A stretch of DNA of 63,296 bases, the filler included, from Hyphochytrium catenoides (taxonomy: Eukaryota; Protista; Hyphochytriomycota): NCBI GenBank assembly GCA_900088475.1. It is 15 parts of 15 records of this genome, joined end to end, with 100 filler letters (N's around TTAATTAATTAA, not from the genome) between each part and the next. Parts side by side here need not be neighbours in the genome. Positions count along the whole stretch, not along the records: positions 1 to 1,165 come from FLMG01004428.1; positions 1,266 to 4,749 come from FLMG01000184.1; positions 4,850 to 8,506 come from FLMG01004076.1; positions 8,607 to 14,009 come from FLMG01003656.1; 11 more parts are not named here. One strand, 5' to 3'. Positions 1 to 12,198 of the stretch are shown here, in pieces. A program made the translations under genes and the position numbers. Position 1 is the stretch's first letter. The number at the start of each line of letters is the position of its first letter. The notes beneath the pieces were generated by a model. It was not told the origin of the DNA, did not search any database, and saw nothing but the letters and a program-made list of their open reading frames with translations.

Positions 1-82
1 GGCCGTAGAATTGCAAGTTCCATCATGAGAATTTCGGAGAATAGGAGTTCAGAATCTTGATGACGCGGGCATCAGACCAAAG

Positions 83-130
<48 letters not shown>

Positions 131-857
131 AACAGATCCACCACTTGCCCTCTCGTTTCTTGGTTACTAGTTCCCTTCTCATTTGGCTCCACTTCCCAAT
201 CCTTTTCAGGTCTCTCTCTCGTTCTCTCTCTCTACTTCGTCCCTCCCTTCGCTTCCCTCGCTTCCCTTTTCGTCTCTCTCCATCCCTCCCCATCTCTCTT
301 CCTGCTTTTCTGTCTTTTTCTCCTGAATCCCTTGTCCCTGTTCTAACTCTCTCTCTCCTTCTGCCTCCCTCTTTCTTCTCACACCCTCTCCTCATCACTC
401 TCTCTCTTCGTCTCCCTCTCCCCCCCCCCTCTCTCTCTCTCTCCGCCTCCCTCTCCGCCTCCCTCTCCCCTCTATCTCCCCTCTCTCCTCTCTCCCTCTC
501 TGTCTCTCTCTCTCCCTCTCTTCTCTCTCTCTCCCTCTCTCTCTCTCTGTCTCTCTCTCTCTCTCTCTCCCCCTCTCTCCCATGCCTTCCTTCCCTTCCT
601 CTCATTTTTATTTCCGGGGACAAGTCTGACCGTTACATCACCAGGCACGGTGTAAAGAAGGGGGCAATCAGGACCAGCTTACCTTTTTTTGTCGCTTTAT
701 AGGCTCAACCCTCCGCTACCCTTTGTGTCTTACTATAGGTTTGCCTTAGTGTAGGTCCTATTATCGAAATTAAGATGTAAATGAACCGACATTGAAAGCC
801 TAAAATAGTCACCAAAAAGGACAATCCGCAAGGAAGGAATGGTCCAGCACTTTTTTC

Positions 858-908
<51 letters not shown>

Positions 909-1165
909 CCTCTCTTGCTTATCTTCCTCTCCCTGGTCCCTTTTATCTTTCCCTTAGACCTCTGTCTCTCTCCCGTCTCTCTTCCTCCACTTCCCCGCAA
1001 TCGTGCTGCGAGCTCTCTCTCCCGTTCCACAAGATCATCTAATGTCCTATCTTCTCTCTCCTCCTATCTTCTTCGCTGTCTTCCTTCTTGTCCCTGGTCT
1101 GGCTTCTTCGACACAACGCCCATCCTTACCACCTACTACTGCCCTTCTCCGTCTTTCTTCTTCTT

Positions 1166-1265
1166 NNNNNNNNNNNNNNNNNNNNNNNNNNNNNNNNNNN
1201 NNNNNNNNNTTAATTAATTAANNNNNNNNNNNNNNNNNNNNNNNNNNNNNNNNNNNNNNNNNNNN
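1166..1265. other. Artificial contig-joining spacer (N44-TTAATTAATTAA-N44); the same spacer starts at about 4750, 8507, 14010, 21531, 22947, 32535, 36445, 40553, 42341, 43556, 55363, 56959 and 62116
   Basis: An identical 100-bp structure with a stop-codon-rich TTAATTAATTAA core occurs 14 times, and genes are cut off abruptly at these points. Confidence 0.97.
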
Positions 1266-4200
1266 GACAGTCTTTATATCAGGCCACACGCATGCCGAGC
1301 TGGTCGCCGCTAGGACCCAACTTTCCTTTAGTCTTTTCTTGTCCGTCATCTGGGTAGGATCGGATGATGTGAACTATACTTCTCACATCTATCTTTTCCT
1401 TATAAGCTCACCTTAGCAACGATCTAACGCCACCTTCCTGATTGCTCTAGACCTTAGCGGACCGTCTGGAAGTGAAGATGTCACATGTCACGCCCTGAGC
1501 ATACCTTTACCTTCAGACTGCAGCACTTCCTCACCGCAACCAACTTCAAACGCGTCGTGACTCGTTCAGGCTCCTGTCTTCATCCCATACTTATCTCCTC
1601 GTGTCCTCTGCAAGCTTGGCGACGAGTGCTTACGCGCTGCGGAGCTTCCTCTTCAGACAGGTCCGCAGAGGATTCGTCAGCGCTCTAGCAGCCAAGGGCT
1701 GACGAAGAGAGAGAAGTGATGGCGCAGACCGTCCTGCCTCACATCAGAATCCAGGGCGTTACAAATCACCTGCAGCAACACACCAAGACTCCTGGAGGCT
1801 GACTGTATGACTTAAACAGAAATAATTATGAAGCTCAGTCCTTTTACAGTCCCCAGAGAGACAGAAAGTCACACCTCTGAAGATGGACAGACAGCAGGTG
1901 ATGATCCCTTGCGCTGCTGCGGAATGATTAGCGCGTGGCCAGAGCTGGTCTACGGGCGAGGGAGCTAGGCCAACGGAGCTTCACTGATCAGGTCGACGGG
2001 TGGAGCAAGCAAAGGAGCGAGAGATAGACAGATAAAGACCTTAGAGAAGACGAAGACCAGGTCTGATTGAAGATTGTCATTCTGCAAGTATAAAGGCATC
2101 TTCCCTTCACTGGAGACGCAATAGCAGCCCTGGTGGCGAAGGATGGGCCAACCGTGATACTTTTGGTGCCTTCGACGGTTAAAGGCACGCCCGAGAACTC
2201 CTCGAGGCACAGTCACGATAGGCTTTGGCTAAGTCTCACTCTTGGTCTAAGGCAGTGCCTTCTCTTTGTACTTCCAGACAATCTGAGCGTCGTTATCAGG
2301 CTAACGTCAGTCATTAGGGCTATAGATTTTGTCCTAGGCCAAGAAAGGAACTCAGTGGCAAACTTTCTTTGCAGTGGGAAGGGCCCATTTCTGACGATTG
2401 CTCATTAAGGACCTTCATGATGATTGCCCATTAAGGTCCATGACCTTGAGACCTGGAACAGTTGAGGCCCCATGTGGTTAAAGTGAAGTCGGGAGGAGGT
2501 CTGTGCCCTCAAAAGCAAAACCTCAAGAAGGCAATGAGCACTCTAGCCTTTTCTATTGATGTCGCATAGAGATGCTGTTGCACCTCCAATAGTGCTCGAG
2601 ACCCGTCCAGACGAGGGACGACAATCTCTTCTCTAATCTGCCTACATTTCCAAGTTTGTCATCTTTCTAGCCACGCCACTCTCCTTCTTCAAGCATCGAC
2701 CTGCTGACTGAACTTTATTGATGGAATTTCCCCTTAGTTGAAGAGAGCTTTCCACTCTTCACCGCAGGATCTTGCTATTGGTTCTGATGGTAAATGTCTT
2801 CTGTAGCAGCTTCGGGTGGGGAAGTCCAGGGTATAGAATCTAAGGCTAACGTCGAACACTATCAGAGCGCCCGATGGTGTCTCCCTGGGTTCATCTGCAA
2901 CTCTTGAGGTTCCTTGATAGGCCTTAATAAAGTAGACTCCACTTGAGTCAGAGACAACATCGGTCCTTGTCGATCAAAGGGAGAGCGAAAGTGAATCATC
3001 ATATTCTCCTTAGTTCATCGCGACTAAGTAGCAGCGTTCAAATCTCACTCTGTTCGCTCCTTTGGCCTTCTCTCTTTCTCTTTGGCCTTACAACCTACAA
3101 TATCATTCTTTCTTTCTGGTTGAACCTTTGGATTTGCTCACGATCGAAGAAGTCTGACACTTGTGAGTCTTTTCGGGGCTGTCATCACTGGTGCAATCGC
3201 TGTCAGCCCCCCGATAAACTCTCTTTTAAAGGTCCGAGAAACATCTGATGGGAAACTGGGAGTGAAAAGAAAGCTCTGTGGGCTCCTCCACCGGCAACAG
3301 CAGCAGGATGGAGGGAAGTTTTGAAGCTAAGAAAGAAGAGAAGAATTGGTGAATAAGGTTGAAGGGACGAGAAAGGTCACTCGGAAGGACCGCCAATACG
3401 TGCTGCTGCTTTCAAGAAGAATCTGCTAGAGTCATCATGAGCAGCTCGACCACTGGCAGAGAAATTCTTGCACAGAATGCTTTCATGAGAATTGTAGCTC
3501 TCAGGAGGTTGAAGATCAAGAAGTCGTAGCTTGGTGGTTGCGAATGGCGGCCACCGAGAAGCCGTCCGTCATTCTATCTGCGGTATCTGGATAAGTTCCT
3601 GCCACGCCGAGGGTGACGGGATAGAGAGCAGGGAGAGAGGCGCCGGAGGGAAGATACGCAGCGTAAACCTCTTCCACGTTCACTGGGGAAGTCATGGGTT
3701 AAGGCAGGCAGGTGTCGGTGATGCGGTTGCTGTTGCCGCCACTTCCTCACAATTCACACCCCAAAGCAGCCTCCCTGATGGCGTTGGAGGCCGCCCAACA
3801 ACACCGCTAATAGCTCGGAGCCTCTTCTCCTTCAAGCTCACATCAGTCCTTATCCACGTGCACTACTCATAAGAATCTTTGTCGTTGCAGCTCCTCAACG
3901 TCTACTCGTCCTTGTTCCTCATGCTTTTATATGGTAGGCCCCGCACTACTACTTGGTCAAGCTTCAGCCGGCGGCCTTCCTTCCTCGTCTGGCCCTTGCT
4001 TGTGACAGGTGACAGCGGCAAAGCAGCAGTTGCTATGAGTGAGTAGCCCCAGCAGACTGTAGCTAATGGTAGTTATTAGTAGAACTACTCAGATAGCTAG
4101 AACTAGTAGGAAAAGGCTCGGCAGCCGGCCGCACCTGCAACTTCTGCTACTGTTTTACACAGTGTGGGTCTGGTGGTCGGGGACAAAGAGGCGAAGCTCT

Positions 4201-4849
4201 CCACCTTTAGGTCAAGACGTCACACGGCTAAGGAATGGCTAGTCTTCATGCCCAAGGGTTGTCCTTGCACTGGCTTAGTGTACAGTTTTATGCCAGAACG
4301 GACAAAGATTGGAAACTCCGCCTGCTGGTGTCTGTGGCGGGTACAGCTGTACTCTGTCCCTGTTCCTCTCCTTTCAAAAGTAGTTCTCAAGAACGTAGCC
4401 TCCCACCCTCGTCCATCTCTTCTCTTTGGCTCTTACTCCCTCTCTGTTCTATGTTCCACTTCCTTCTTGACATCTCTCTTTCCTCCCAGTGATCCAGGCT
4501 CCTTCCACAGCTTTCCAGAAGTTCCCTCTTTCCTCAGAAGTAGAAGCGAGTAAAGAAGAGGGAAAACAAAGAGGTTTGATCTCACTCGATGAGCCTGTGT
4601 CTCTCTCTCTTTTTCCTCTCTCTTCACCTCTCTCTCTCTCTTCATACTATCTCCCTGTCTTTGACTTCGCTCTAATGGCTCTCTGTTTCTCATGGAGGAA
4701 GTTCCTATCTTAGTTTCCTCATCCTCTCTCGCCTTCCAGTGCTTATGTTNNNNNNNNNNNNNNNNNNNNNNNNNNNNNNNNNNNNNNNNNNNNTTAATTA
4801 ATTAANNNNNNNNNNNNNNNNNNNNNNNNNNNNNNNNNNNNNNNNNNNN

Positions 4850-5272
4850 CTCAGAATGTACACCGAGGTTCCGGGTGCATTTCTACCTTTGCTTAGGTCC
4901 GTTTCCAGAAGAGAAGAGACAGCCAACCAGAGAGCAGACTCCTTTTCCACCACTAAGAATCGTGGAATCTTAGGCGTAAAGCTTTCTATCGCCCTTATCC
5001 ATTGCTCTCTTTCTCTTAGCGTTCTACACTCAAAGAACTGTACTCTGGAGCCATTCTCAATAGAGAAAGTGTAGGTCTTCCCTGAGATGCGAGAGTCTAA
5101 GGGATGGACTATAAATGGCTCAGGCGACAGAGAGGAGTGGGTGGTGGAGCCAGAGCTAGGGGACGGATGACAAAGAGAGAGCTCTCCTTTAATTGAGCTG
5201 CACGTGTCATCTCTGTACCACGTTAGCTGCCCACTGGCTGTCAGCTCCAAGAAGGCAGTCCGCCAAAAGTAC
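4850..5272 (-). CDS. Exon encoding a pleckstrin-homology (PH) domain; gene is partial, with upstream exons probably at about 5980-6850
   Basis: After a tatccag acceptor it reads YFWRTAFLELTASGQLTWYRDD..IKGELSL..YTFSIENGSRVQFFECRTLREREQWIRAIES, matching PH strands and the C-terminal helix with its conserved Trp. Confidence 0.8.
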
Positions 5273-5493
5273 CTGGATACATCGCGTTGGAGCGCGCGGT
5301 GACAGCAATGGTTAGCTTGGACAACTCACTTTTAAAAGAGTAACAATGGGATGTAGGCAAACGGCACCACAGAGAACAAAGAGAGAATAGACACAGGGAA
5401 CTAGAGAGATGGCAACTGAAGACGACGACGAAGAGACAATCAGAGGGGACAAGTGCGCGGAATCCGTACAGAGACAGAGAAGGAGGAATACGA

Positions 5494-5533
<40 letters not shown>

Positions 5534-5638
5534 AANNNNNNNNNNNNNNNNNNNNNNNNNNNNNNNNNNNNNNNNNNNNNNNNNNNNNNNNNNNNNNNNN
5601 NNNNNNNNNNNNNNNNNAAAGAGGGAGAGAGAGCGAGA

Positions 5639-5675
<37 letters not shown>

Positions 5676-6863
5676 GAGGACTATAGTGGGAAACGGTAGG
5701 AGGGAGACTTTAGAGACAGAATATAAAGCGGAAAGAGCTTGGCCGAAAAAGATACTAGGATGCCAAATTAGAGGGGACAGAAGAGACAATCAGAAAGAGC
5801 GAAAAGAAGGGGAAGAAGTGGAAGATACCTAGAGATAGCCAAGGAGTAGAGAAAGATTGCAGGGGAGAGGACGTACGGAGAAGAAGACGTAGGGAGGTAG
5901 CGGAACCCCTTTAAAAGGAAGCACAAGTTAGCACCGTGGAGAGAGGGAGAGAGAGAGAGAGAGGGCCCAAGGAAAGGCACTATGATCCTACTGGCTGGCT
6001 CACCACAAGCGGGATGGCACCGAGACCCAGCCTCTGTGAACTATCTTTCTTCGGAAGCTGGAGCGCGAAAGGCCGATGGACGCCTTCTCTCCATCTGTGT
6101 CGCCCTTTATTTGGAGAAGCTGTGGACTCTGACTGCTTGCAACTGAAGTCTTCTCCCCTTCCCGCACTGCGTTCCAAGAGATCAGAGATCGACGACCTAC
6201 CATCTGGCGCCGCAGATGGGTCTACTCGCAACCACTTACACAGACAGAATCCGGGCGAAGGGAGAGGAGCGCTGAGAGATACGAAGAGAAAGAAGGTCTC
6301 CTACGCCTGATGGCAGATAGCTATGGAGAGGAAAGACACAATGGTCGGGCCATCGTACTTGGGACGGCGAGCGTCCGGTTAGACGTGGAAGCAGGTGTTA
6401 CCATCGAACTGGGCAGGACTGGAAGAGGAAGACAAGGTAATGCATGAGAACCTGTCTCTTCTACTCTCTGGCTCTTCTCCATTGGTTGCATTTGTATGCA
6501 CCCGCTAACAAGAAGAATCATGGACAAACTAGACCATCTTCCTGCTTATCTTCCAGGACCGCCGGGACCACACCGAGCTCAAAGTATTAGGCATCTTATC
6601 TCGTCTCCCTACTGTAGATTCGCACAAGAGGAGAGGAAGGAGAGGAGAGCCATGATGGACCAGGAAGAGCTTTAGGGGCAAGTGAAGGAACAGCCAGGGA
6701 ACTTGTAGGTGATGCGTGTCAGAGGGAGGAGAACATGGGGGAGGCGAGAGAGACGATGTTTGGAAAAGGCAGGATGAGCAAGAGACAGAGAGATACAGGA
6801 GATCGACCTCTACTGCTGGGCTGGAATGGTTAAGGAAGTAAGTACACACAGAGAGCTGCAGGC

Positions 6864-6922
<59 letters not shown>

Positions 6923-7473
6923 TGTCCTAAGTCGACCAGCGCTTCGCCACGTCAAACCAAGAATCCTTCGTCTTCTGTCTCTTCACTCCCTCAACATAAT
7001 AACCGACTCACGTCAGCGATAATCAAGCCGCATAATCAACAGTTATCAACAATCAATAACCTTTAGGTTGGCGCCAAAAGCCCAAACCCCTCTCTGAAGT
7101 CCGTTTCTGATGAAATCTCAACTAGAATCTCAAGCCAGAATCTCAAGCCACCACAGACCTAGGAAGAAGACGTGGTGCATACGACAAAATCAACCAGCAG
7201 TGCACCACAGAACATCATCAAACAGTGGTGAACCTCAGTTCCTAACTACATCATCCACCACATGCGACTTCTTCTTCTCGCTGTCCCATCTGTGGCTGAG
7301 ATCCCACGACACCAAGGATCCCATCTGAGGTGTCTGCAACCACAAGCAGGCCTATTCATTAATAACCGGCGCAAGCGTAGGTCGTGGAGCGGGCCGATGA
7401 ACATGCCTTCAAGCTCAGAGTTCATTTTCCAAACGACAATCCATTGCCAACAAGCCATCGCCTGCCCAACAAG

Positions 7474-7980
7474 GTCGCCGCTGATCTCCGACCCATTACT
7501 CTTTGATCGTCTTCGCAGGTCGGAACGCTCTCCAGACAGCTACTAATTTCCCTGCATTCTAACCAAATAGAGCCTACAGCGACACGTCCACTCATCACTT
7601 ACTGGTAAGCCTCTGCTACTCTTCCTCTCCCGTTTCTCGGTCGCTCCGTTCCATCCCACAAGAGCCTACATCCCCACGTCCATTCATCACTGGTGAGCCC
7701 CTGCTACTCTTTCTCTCCTATTCTCGGTCGCTCCGCTGACCTCTGCCTTATTTGGTTCTTGATGTTTGTCGCAGATCACCGCTCTCCGGGTAGCTTTTAA
7801 TAACCCTGCATTCTAACCAAAAAGAGCCTACACAGGCACGAAGTCCATTCACTGGTGAGCCCTTGCTACTCTTTTTCTCCCATTTCTCGGCCGCTCCGCT
7901 GACCTCTTGCCTTATTTACTCCTTGATCATTGTCGCAGGTCAGAACGCTCTCCGGACAGCTTCTAGTTACCTGCATTCTT
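7474..7980 (+). repeat. Imperfect tandem repeat of about 163 bp (3-4 units) made of an intron-like plus an exon-like segment
   Basis: Recurrent blocks cctgcattctaaccaa..agagcctaca, actg|gtgagc, cgctccgctgacctct and gtcgcag|. Confidence 0.8.
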
Positions 7981-8229
7981 TTTCCACGTATCGGCCCCTG
8001 CTGCATCCCAGTTGCCGCTTCCTTTTTTCTGCAATCTTTCTGGTTTACTTGTGGCTACGGTGTAGTATCCAGGGAGGGAGATTAGGTTCTCCTGGCGCGG
8101 TTGTAGGATGGGGCTGACCTCCTCCGTCACTTCTAAATTGCCTCGGTCAGCCTCAACCTCTGCCGCCTGCTCAGATATTTCATCGTAGCCCTGGAAACTG
8201 CATGGCTGGAAGGTGGAGAACAAAAATGC

Positions 8230-8506
8230 CAGAACTGATTCCTTCTGGTGTTATCTAACCTGGCTTTGTTTAGAAGCTCAAGCTCCACCAGAATCCCAGA
8301 AGGGGGACAATCGGGTGCACCTCCTCTACCTGTGCAGCGCGTCAGTTCGCGCCAGTTGAAGGAACAAGAATGGTCAGAACTGGTTCCTTCTGGTGTTATC
8401 TTCCCAGGCTTTCTTTTAGAAGCTCAAGCTCCTCCACCAGAGTCCACAGAAGGGGGACACATCGGGTGCACCTCCTCTACCTGTGCCGCGCGTCAGTTCG
8501 CGCCAG
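8230..8506 (+). repeat. Tandem duplication of about 145 bp (2 copies, running into the gap)
   Basis: cagaactg.ttccttctggtgttatct...tagaagctcaagctcc...atcgggtgcacctcctctacctgtgc.gcgcgtcagttcgcgccag occurs at 8230 and 8375. Confidence 0.9.
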
Positions 8507-8606
8507 NNNNNNNNNNNNNNNNNNNNNNNNNNNNNNNNNNNNNNNNNNNNTTAATTAATTAANNNNNNNNNNNNNNNNNNNNNNNNNNNNNNNNNNNNNN
8601 NNNNNN

Positions 8607-10550
8607 AAAAAGCTATTGATCCAGGCCCTGATAGGAAATCAGAGGTTTAGAAGTGCAGAGAAGTTGGAAGATGGAGGCACCGAAACGCGCTAGGTTGCCA
8701 TGGTAGGTATTAGCATCAGCTAAGCTAGACAAGGCGAGGTGAGACGAAAGGAGACGGGGGTACTCTATGGAAGAAGAATAGGGGGCAAGTTTCGAAAAGC
8801 AAACGTACGGATTGGCGATTGATATTTCGTCATAGAGTCCCGTGAGCCTCTGCAGACCATCCTGCGTTTGAGGGAGGTCCAAGATCTTCTCTGCTGCTTC
8901 CTTCGGATCTAGCCTTTGCCTTTCCCCTTGTGCTCCATTGTCTTCATTGGACTTATCTCTGCGAGTTAAATCCGGTAAGGAGAGGAAAGGGAAAAGTGGC
9001 CAAGAAGAAGGAAATGCTTACGCCCAAACCAGGTACCACTTGCGGTCCAATCCCTCGATCCGCATCAACTCTTCTCGAACGGCCTCAGGGACACCACGCC
9101 GTGTTAAAAGGTCCAAATAGGCCTCATTGACTATAGATTCGCTAGGCATCTCTGGGACCTATGTCAAGGAGAAACATATCGAAATTCGAGCGTATTGGAG
9201 AGCGACCGCGTCTTAGGCTGTGCTCTGGACGCACAGAAGATTAAAGGACTGACCTCAATTTTTGCTTGTTTGACTGGTGTCTTTGAGCTGAAATAGCTCT
9301 GGAAAAACCGTACCTTCTCCTCAAAGGTTGCATTGCTTGCGGCAGAAGCCATTGACGTGCCGGTCTAAGCGGTTATATCGGAAGTCCATTGGCAGCAAAG
9401 AGATGGCAGCAAAGAGAAGCCAGACAAGAGGGAATTATTCTGAGTGCAGGCACACAAAGGGAGAGAGAGGGAAGATTCGTACCGAGAGCAGTGCCCCAAA
9501 GAGACTCCTTTTCTTGCCAGAGTCCCCAGCGACTTCCACACCCGAACCCTCTTCGTTGTTGAGAGGAGGTGGTAGGTCCCGCGACTTTCTCTTATTCAAA
9601 ACCTCTCTCTCAAGCTGCAAGCGTCACAGAATGAAGGCAAGATAGGTGAATAGAACCCAGAGGTTCATAGATGATAGAGAAGAAGAGGAAGGCCGGTAGT
9701 AAGTGAAGGCCAGCTGTCGAAGAAGTAGCCGGTTTTTGTCTCAGCACCTTTGGCAGCCTCCGGAAAGAGATTGTTAATGGCCAGGAGAAAGGATCCCTGC
9801 ACATCTCTCCAGCCACCTCAATAATTCTTTCGAAGGCCATGTCCTTGACACTGATGTCATTTATCTGAATAAGTGCGTCACCCATCTCAATCATGCCTGA
9901 AGCCTAAAGTTCACCGCGTTAGCATAAGGAGAAGAACGTCAGTGCAAGAGTAAAATGTAGAAGAACGAATAGATATATCAATCTACTACCTCGCCCTCAC
10001 AAATGGACCCATCTGGCTGGCATCTGAACCCCTTAACGACAGCCCCCGTGTGAGATAAAGTTGATGACTTGGGAATTTTCCACGACTTCAGTTCCAGATA
10101 GAGGGGTCCCTGCTTATGAAAGACCACCTGGTACTCAAAGGACTGCTCCTCATCCTCTTTTGGGGAGTGAGGTGGCGTCTGGATGCTGAAGGTAGGAGGC
10201 GTGTTTGTCGGTTCGCTTGCTCTTTCTGGAGTCTCCACAGAGTAAGAAAGAAGGGGCTTTTCGTCTGGAGGCATGAGAGGATTGCCGATAAGCGAAGGAA
10301 ACTCGTACGTTTGAGTGAGAGGGCTATCAAAGGGGTTGCTTCCAGTGAGAAAGTCAGGAGGAGTGGTGGGCATGCTAGTTTGTTTAGGTGCAGGAGTGTT
10401 CGGGGATAACTCGCTGGGGTCAGTGAACGAGAACGACGACCGAGTAAATGATGGGCGCCCTCCGCTCGTCCGACTGCTTCCACTACGCTGGAGCTTCCTC
10501 TCATCGTGGGCAGAGCTACTGCCCAGCAGCTTTCCCTTCCTATTAGCCCA
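8607..10550 (-). CDS. Multi-exon gene with a PDZ domain followed by a formin-type GTPase-binding (Drf_GBD) domain; 3' truncated by the gap, 5' start uncertain (possibly up to about 11440)
   Basis: The spliced reading gives a PDZ (YQVVFHKQGPLYLEL..AVVKGF..GMIEMGDALIQINDISVKDMAFERIIE..PLTISFRR). It then gives MPSESIVNEAYLDLLTRRGVPEAVREELMRIEGLDRKWYLVW..P..AAEKIL..LTGLYDEISIANP|AWINSF, matching the GBD consensus MP..F.ell..KW.l..P..L..qp..Wv..F. Confidence 0.7.
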
Positions 10551-12198
10551 TAATCAAGAAGAAGGGTGAGGACGATCGCCAATACAGGGAGATTGATGAT
10601 GCCACGTACAGGAAGTTCATCTTTTCTTTCAGTCCGCCACGTTTCGCTCAACTGCCCCTTGCGCAGTGACCGGCATCTGTGGCGACAGACTTACGTCCTT
10701 CTGATAGCCTCTATTTCCCTAACCCATGAGAGTCGAATACCGCTTTCAGTCGTTAAGATAAGGAAGAGTTCAGTGAAGTTGGGCAATGTCACGGCAGAAG
10801 ACGATTCCACTCTCATGGCATCAGCATCATGGGGCTTCTGACCCTTATTCAAGGGATAGCTGCATGAGGAACTAAACCGTGCTACTCAGACTCCCATATC
10901 GCTTCGGTAGAACCTGCTCCCACGGCAGTCAACACTTCGAGGATCGTGAGTGGCAGTTACTGCTGCAGATCAAACTCAAGAAGGAACAAGCTTTGGCATC
11001 GGGTTGCTGACCTCAGCTGGTGAACAGGTCACTCTTCATCACGGCGGCAGGGCATCTCTCAGTGTTGACATCACCACTCTGCTGTCTGATCGCCGCCTCT
11101 TCTTTCTCTCTTTGGCAATAGAGATTTGGACGGCGGCCACGATATTCATGAGACAGAAAACTGCATCATCGCAGCCTTCAGAACCCACACGTCGTACGTG
11201 TTAGCTCCAGTTCCTGGTCTGGGGCGATACAGCTGGTGATTCTTGCGCTTACAGGGCGATGTAGGATAGCCGGTACCGGCTACCAGGATCCTGGTCCGTT
11301 GAGACCCATCATCATCTTTTGACGGCGATGCAAGCTGTTGCCTCATCGGCAGGAAGAGATGGAGCTTCTCCTGCTGCTGCTAGTAGATCACTGCCATCGT
11401 GCCCCTCGTTGGAGCTTCGCAACGTCCTGGTTGAAGGCATCTCGTCCTAGATTAGACGCTGTCCATGGGACTGAGTATGGCAAGGGCAAGATATAGGCAA
11501 GGATACTGTCTAGCTTCAACCTAAGGCATCAGGTACATACTTTGTCACGGTTCATACTTATGTGCGTCTTTAGCCAGGCCTTTTCCTATGACCGCGTACT
11601 TTGTTGGGCGTCCGCCAAGAGAACTATGTAGGTGCTGGCGCCCTCGCTTGTAGTCCGGGCTGCCTCTTCTTCAATGGAAAGTATCTCAATGACCACCGCT
11701 AAAGATAACAGAGAGACAAGATGGTCGCTTCACGTGATGGCGAACATCTTTTCCCATAGACATCCAATCTGCGGAATAGCCGCTTCTGCCCACCTAAAAC
11801 ACTCTAGTGTTGCGCATGAAGAGATCCGATGCTACTCCTACCTATCTCCGTGCTTAAAGACCAAAAGCGTAGTAGACTAAGAACAATCACAGTGCGAGCG
11901 ATGATATTCTGTGATGTTAATTATAATGCTATAACGCATGCGGTTTGTCACCCGGGCAAAACTGAGTGGCAAGGAGAAGCAGTATATTTAGAGTAGCACT
12001 TTAGGAGTCGTATGGAAGCGGGTAGCACCCACGATGTTGGACTCTTCTGCTATAAGGTCTGGGCCCAGGTAACGAACATATAAAAAGGCAGAAGAAGGGA
12101 CAAAACCACCCTGTACAGAACAACAGGAGAAGAGTGTGAACATCATCTACAACTTGGTAGAGTGACAGAATAAGACACATTCTAAGCCGGAACTCAAG

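Noticed and set aside
1210-1221. Recurrent TTAATTAATTAA as a biological repeat or CRISPR-like array
   Set aside because: It is always centred in exactly 88 Ns, so it is an assembly linker.
72-1221. Long ORFs rich in ER/RE or SL/LS here and at 14.7-18, 42, 52-53 and 57-62 kb
   Set aside because: These are translations of (AG)n/(CT)n microsatellite, which lacks stop codons; not evidence of proteins.
1266-4749. Possible minus-strand multi-exon gene
   Set aside because: It looks coding-like in places, but I could not establish a recognisable domain or a reliable exon chain.
7060-7080. LTR primer-binding site (ttggcgcc)
   Set aside because: The match is too short, and no LTR pair or gag/pol sequence is recognisable downstream.
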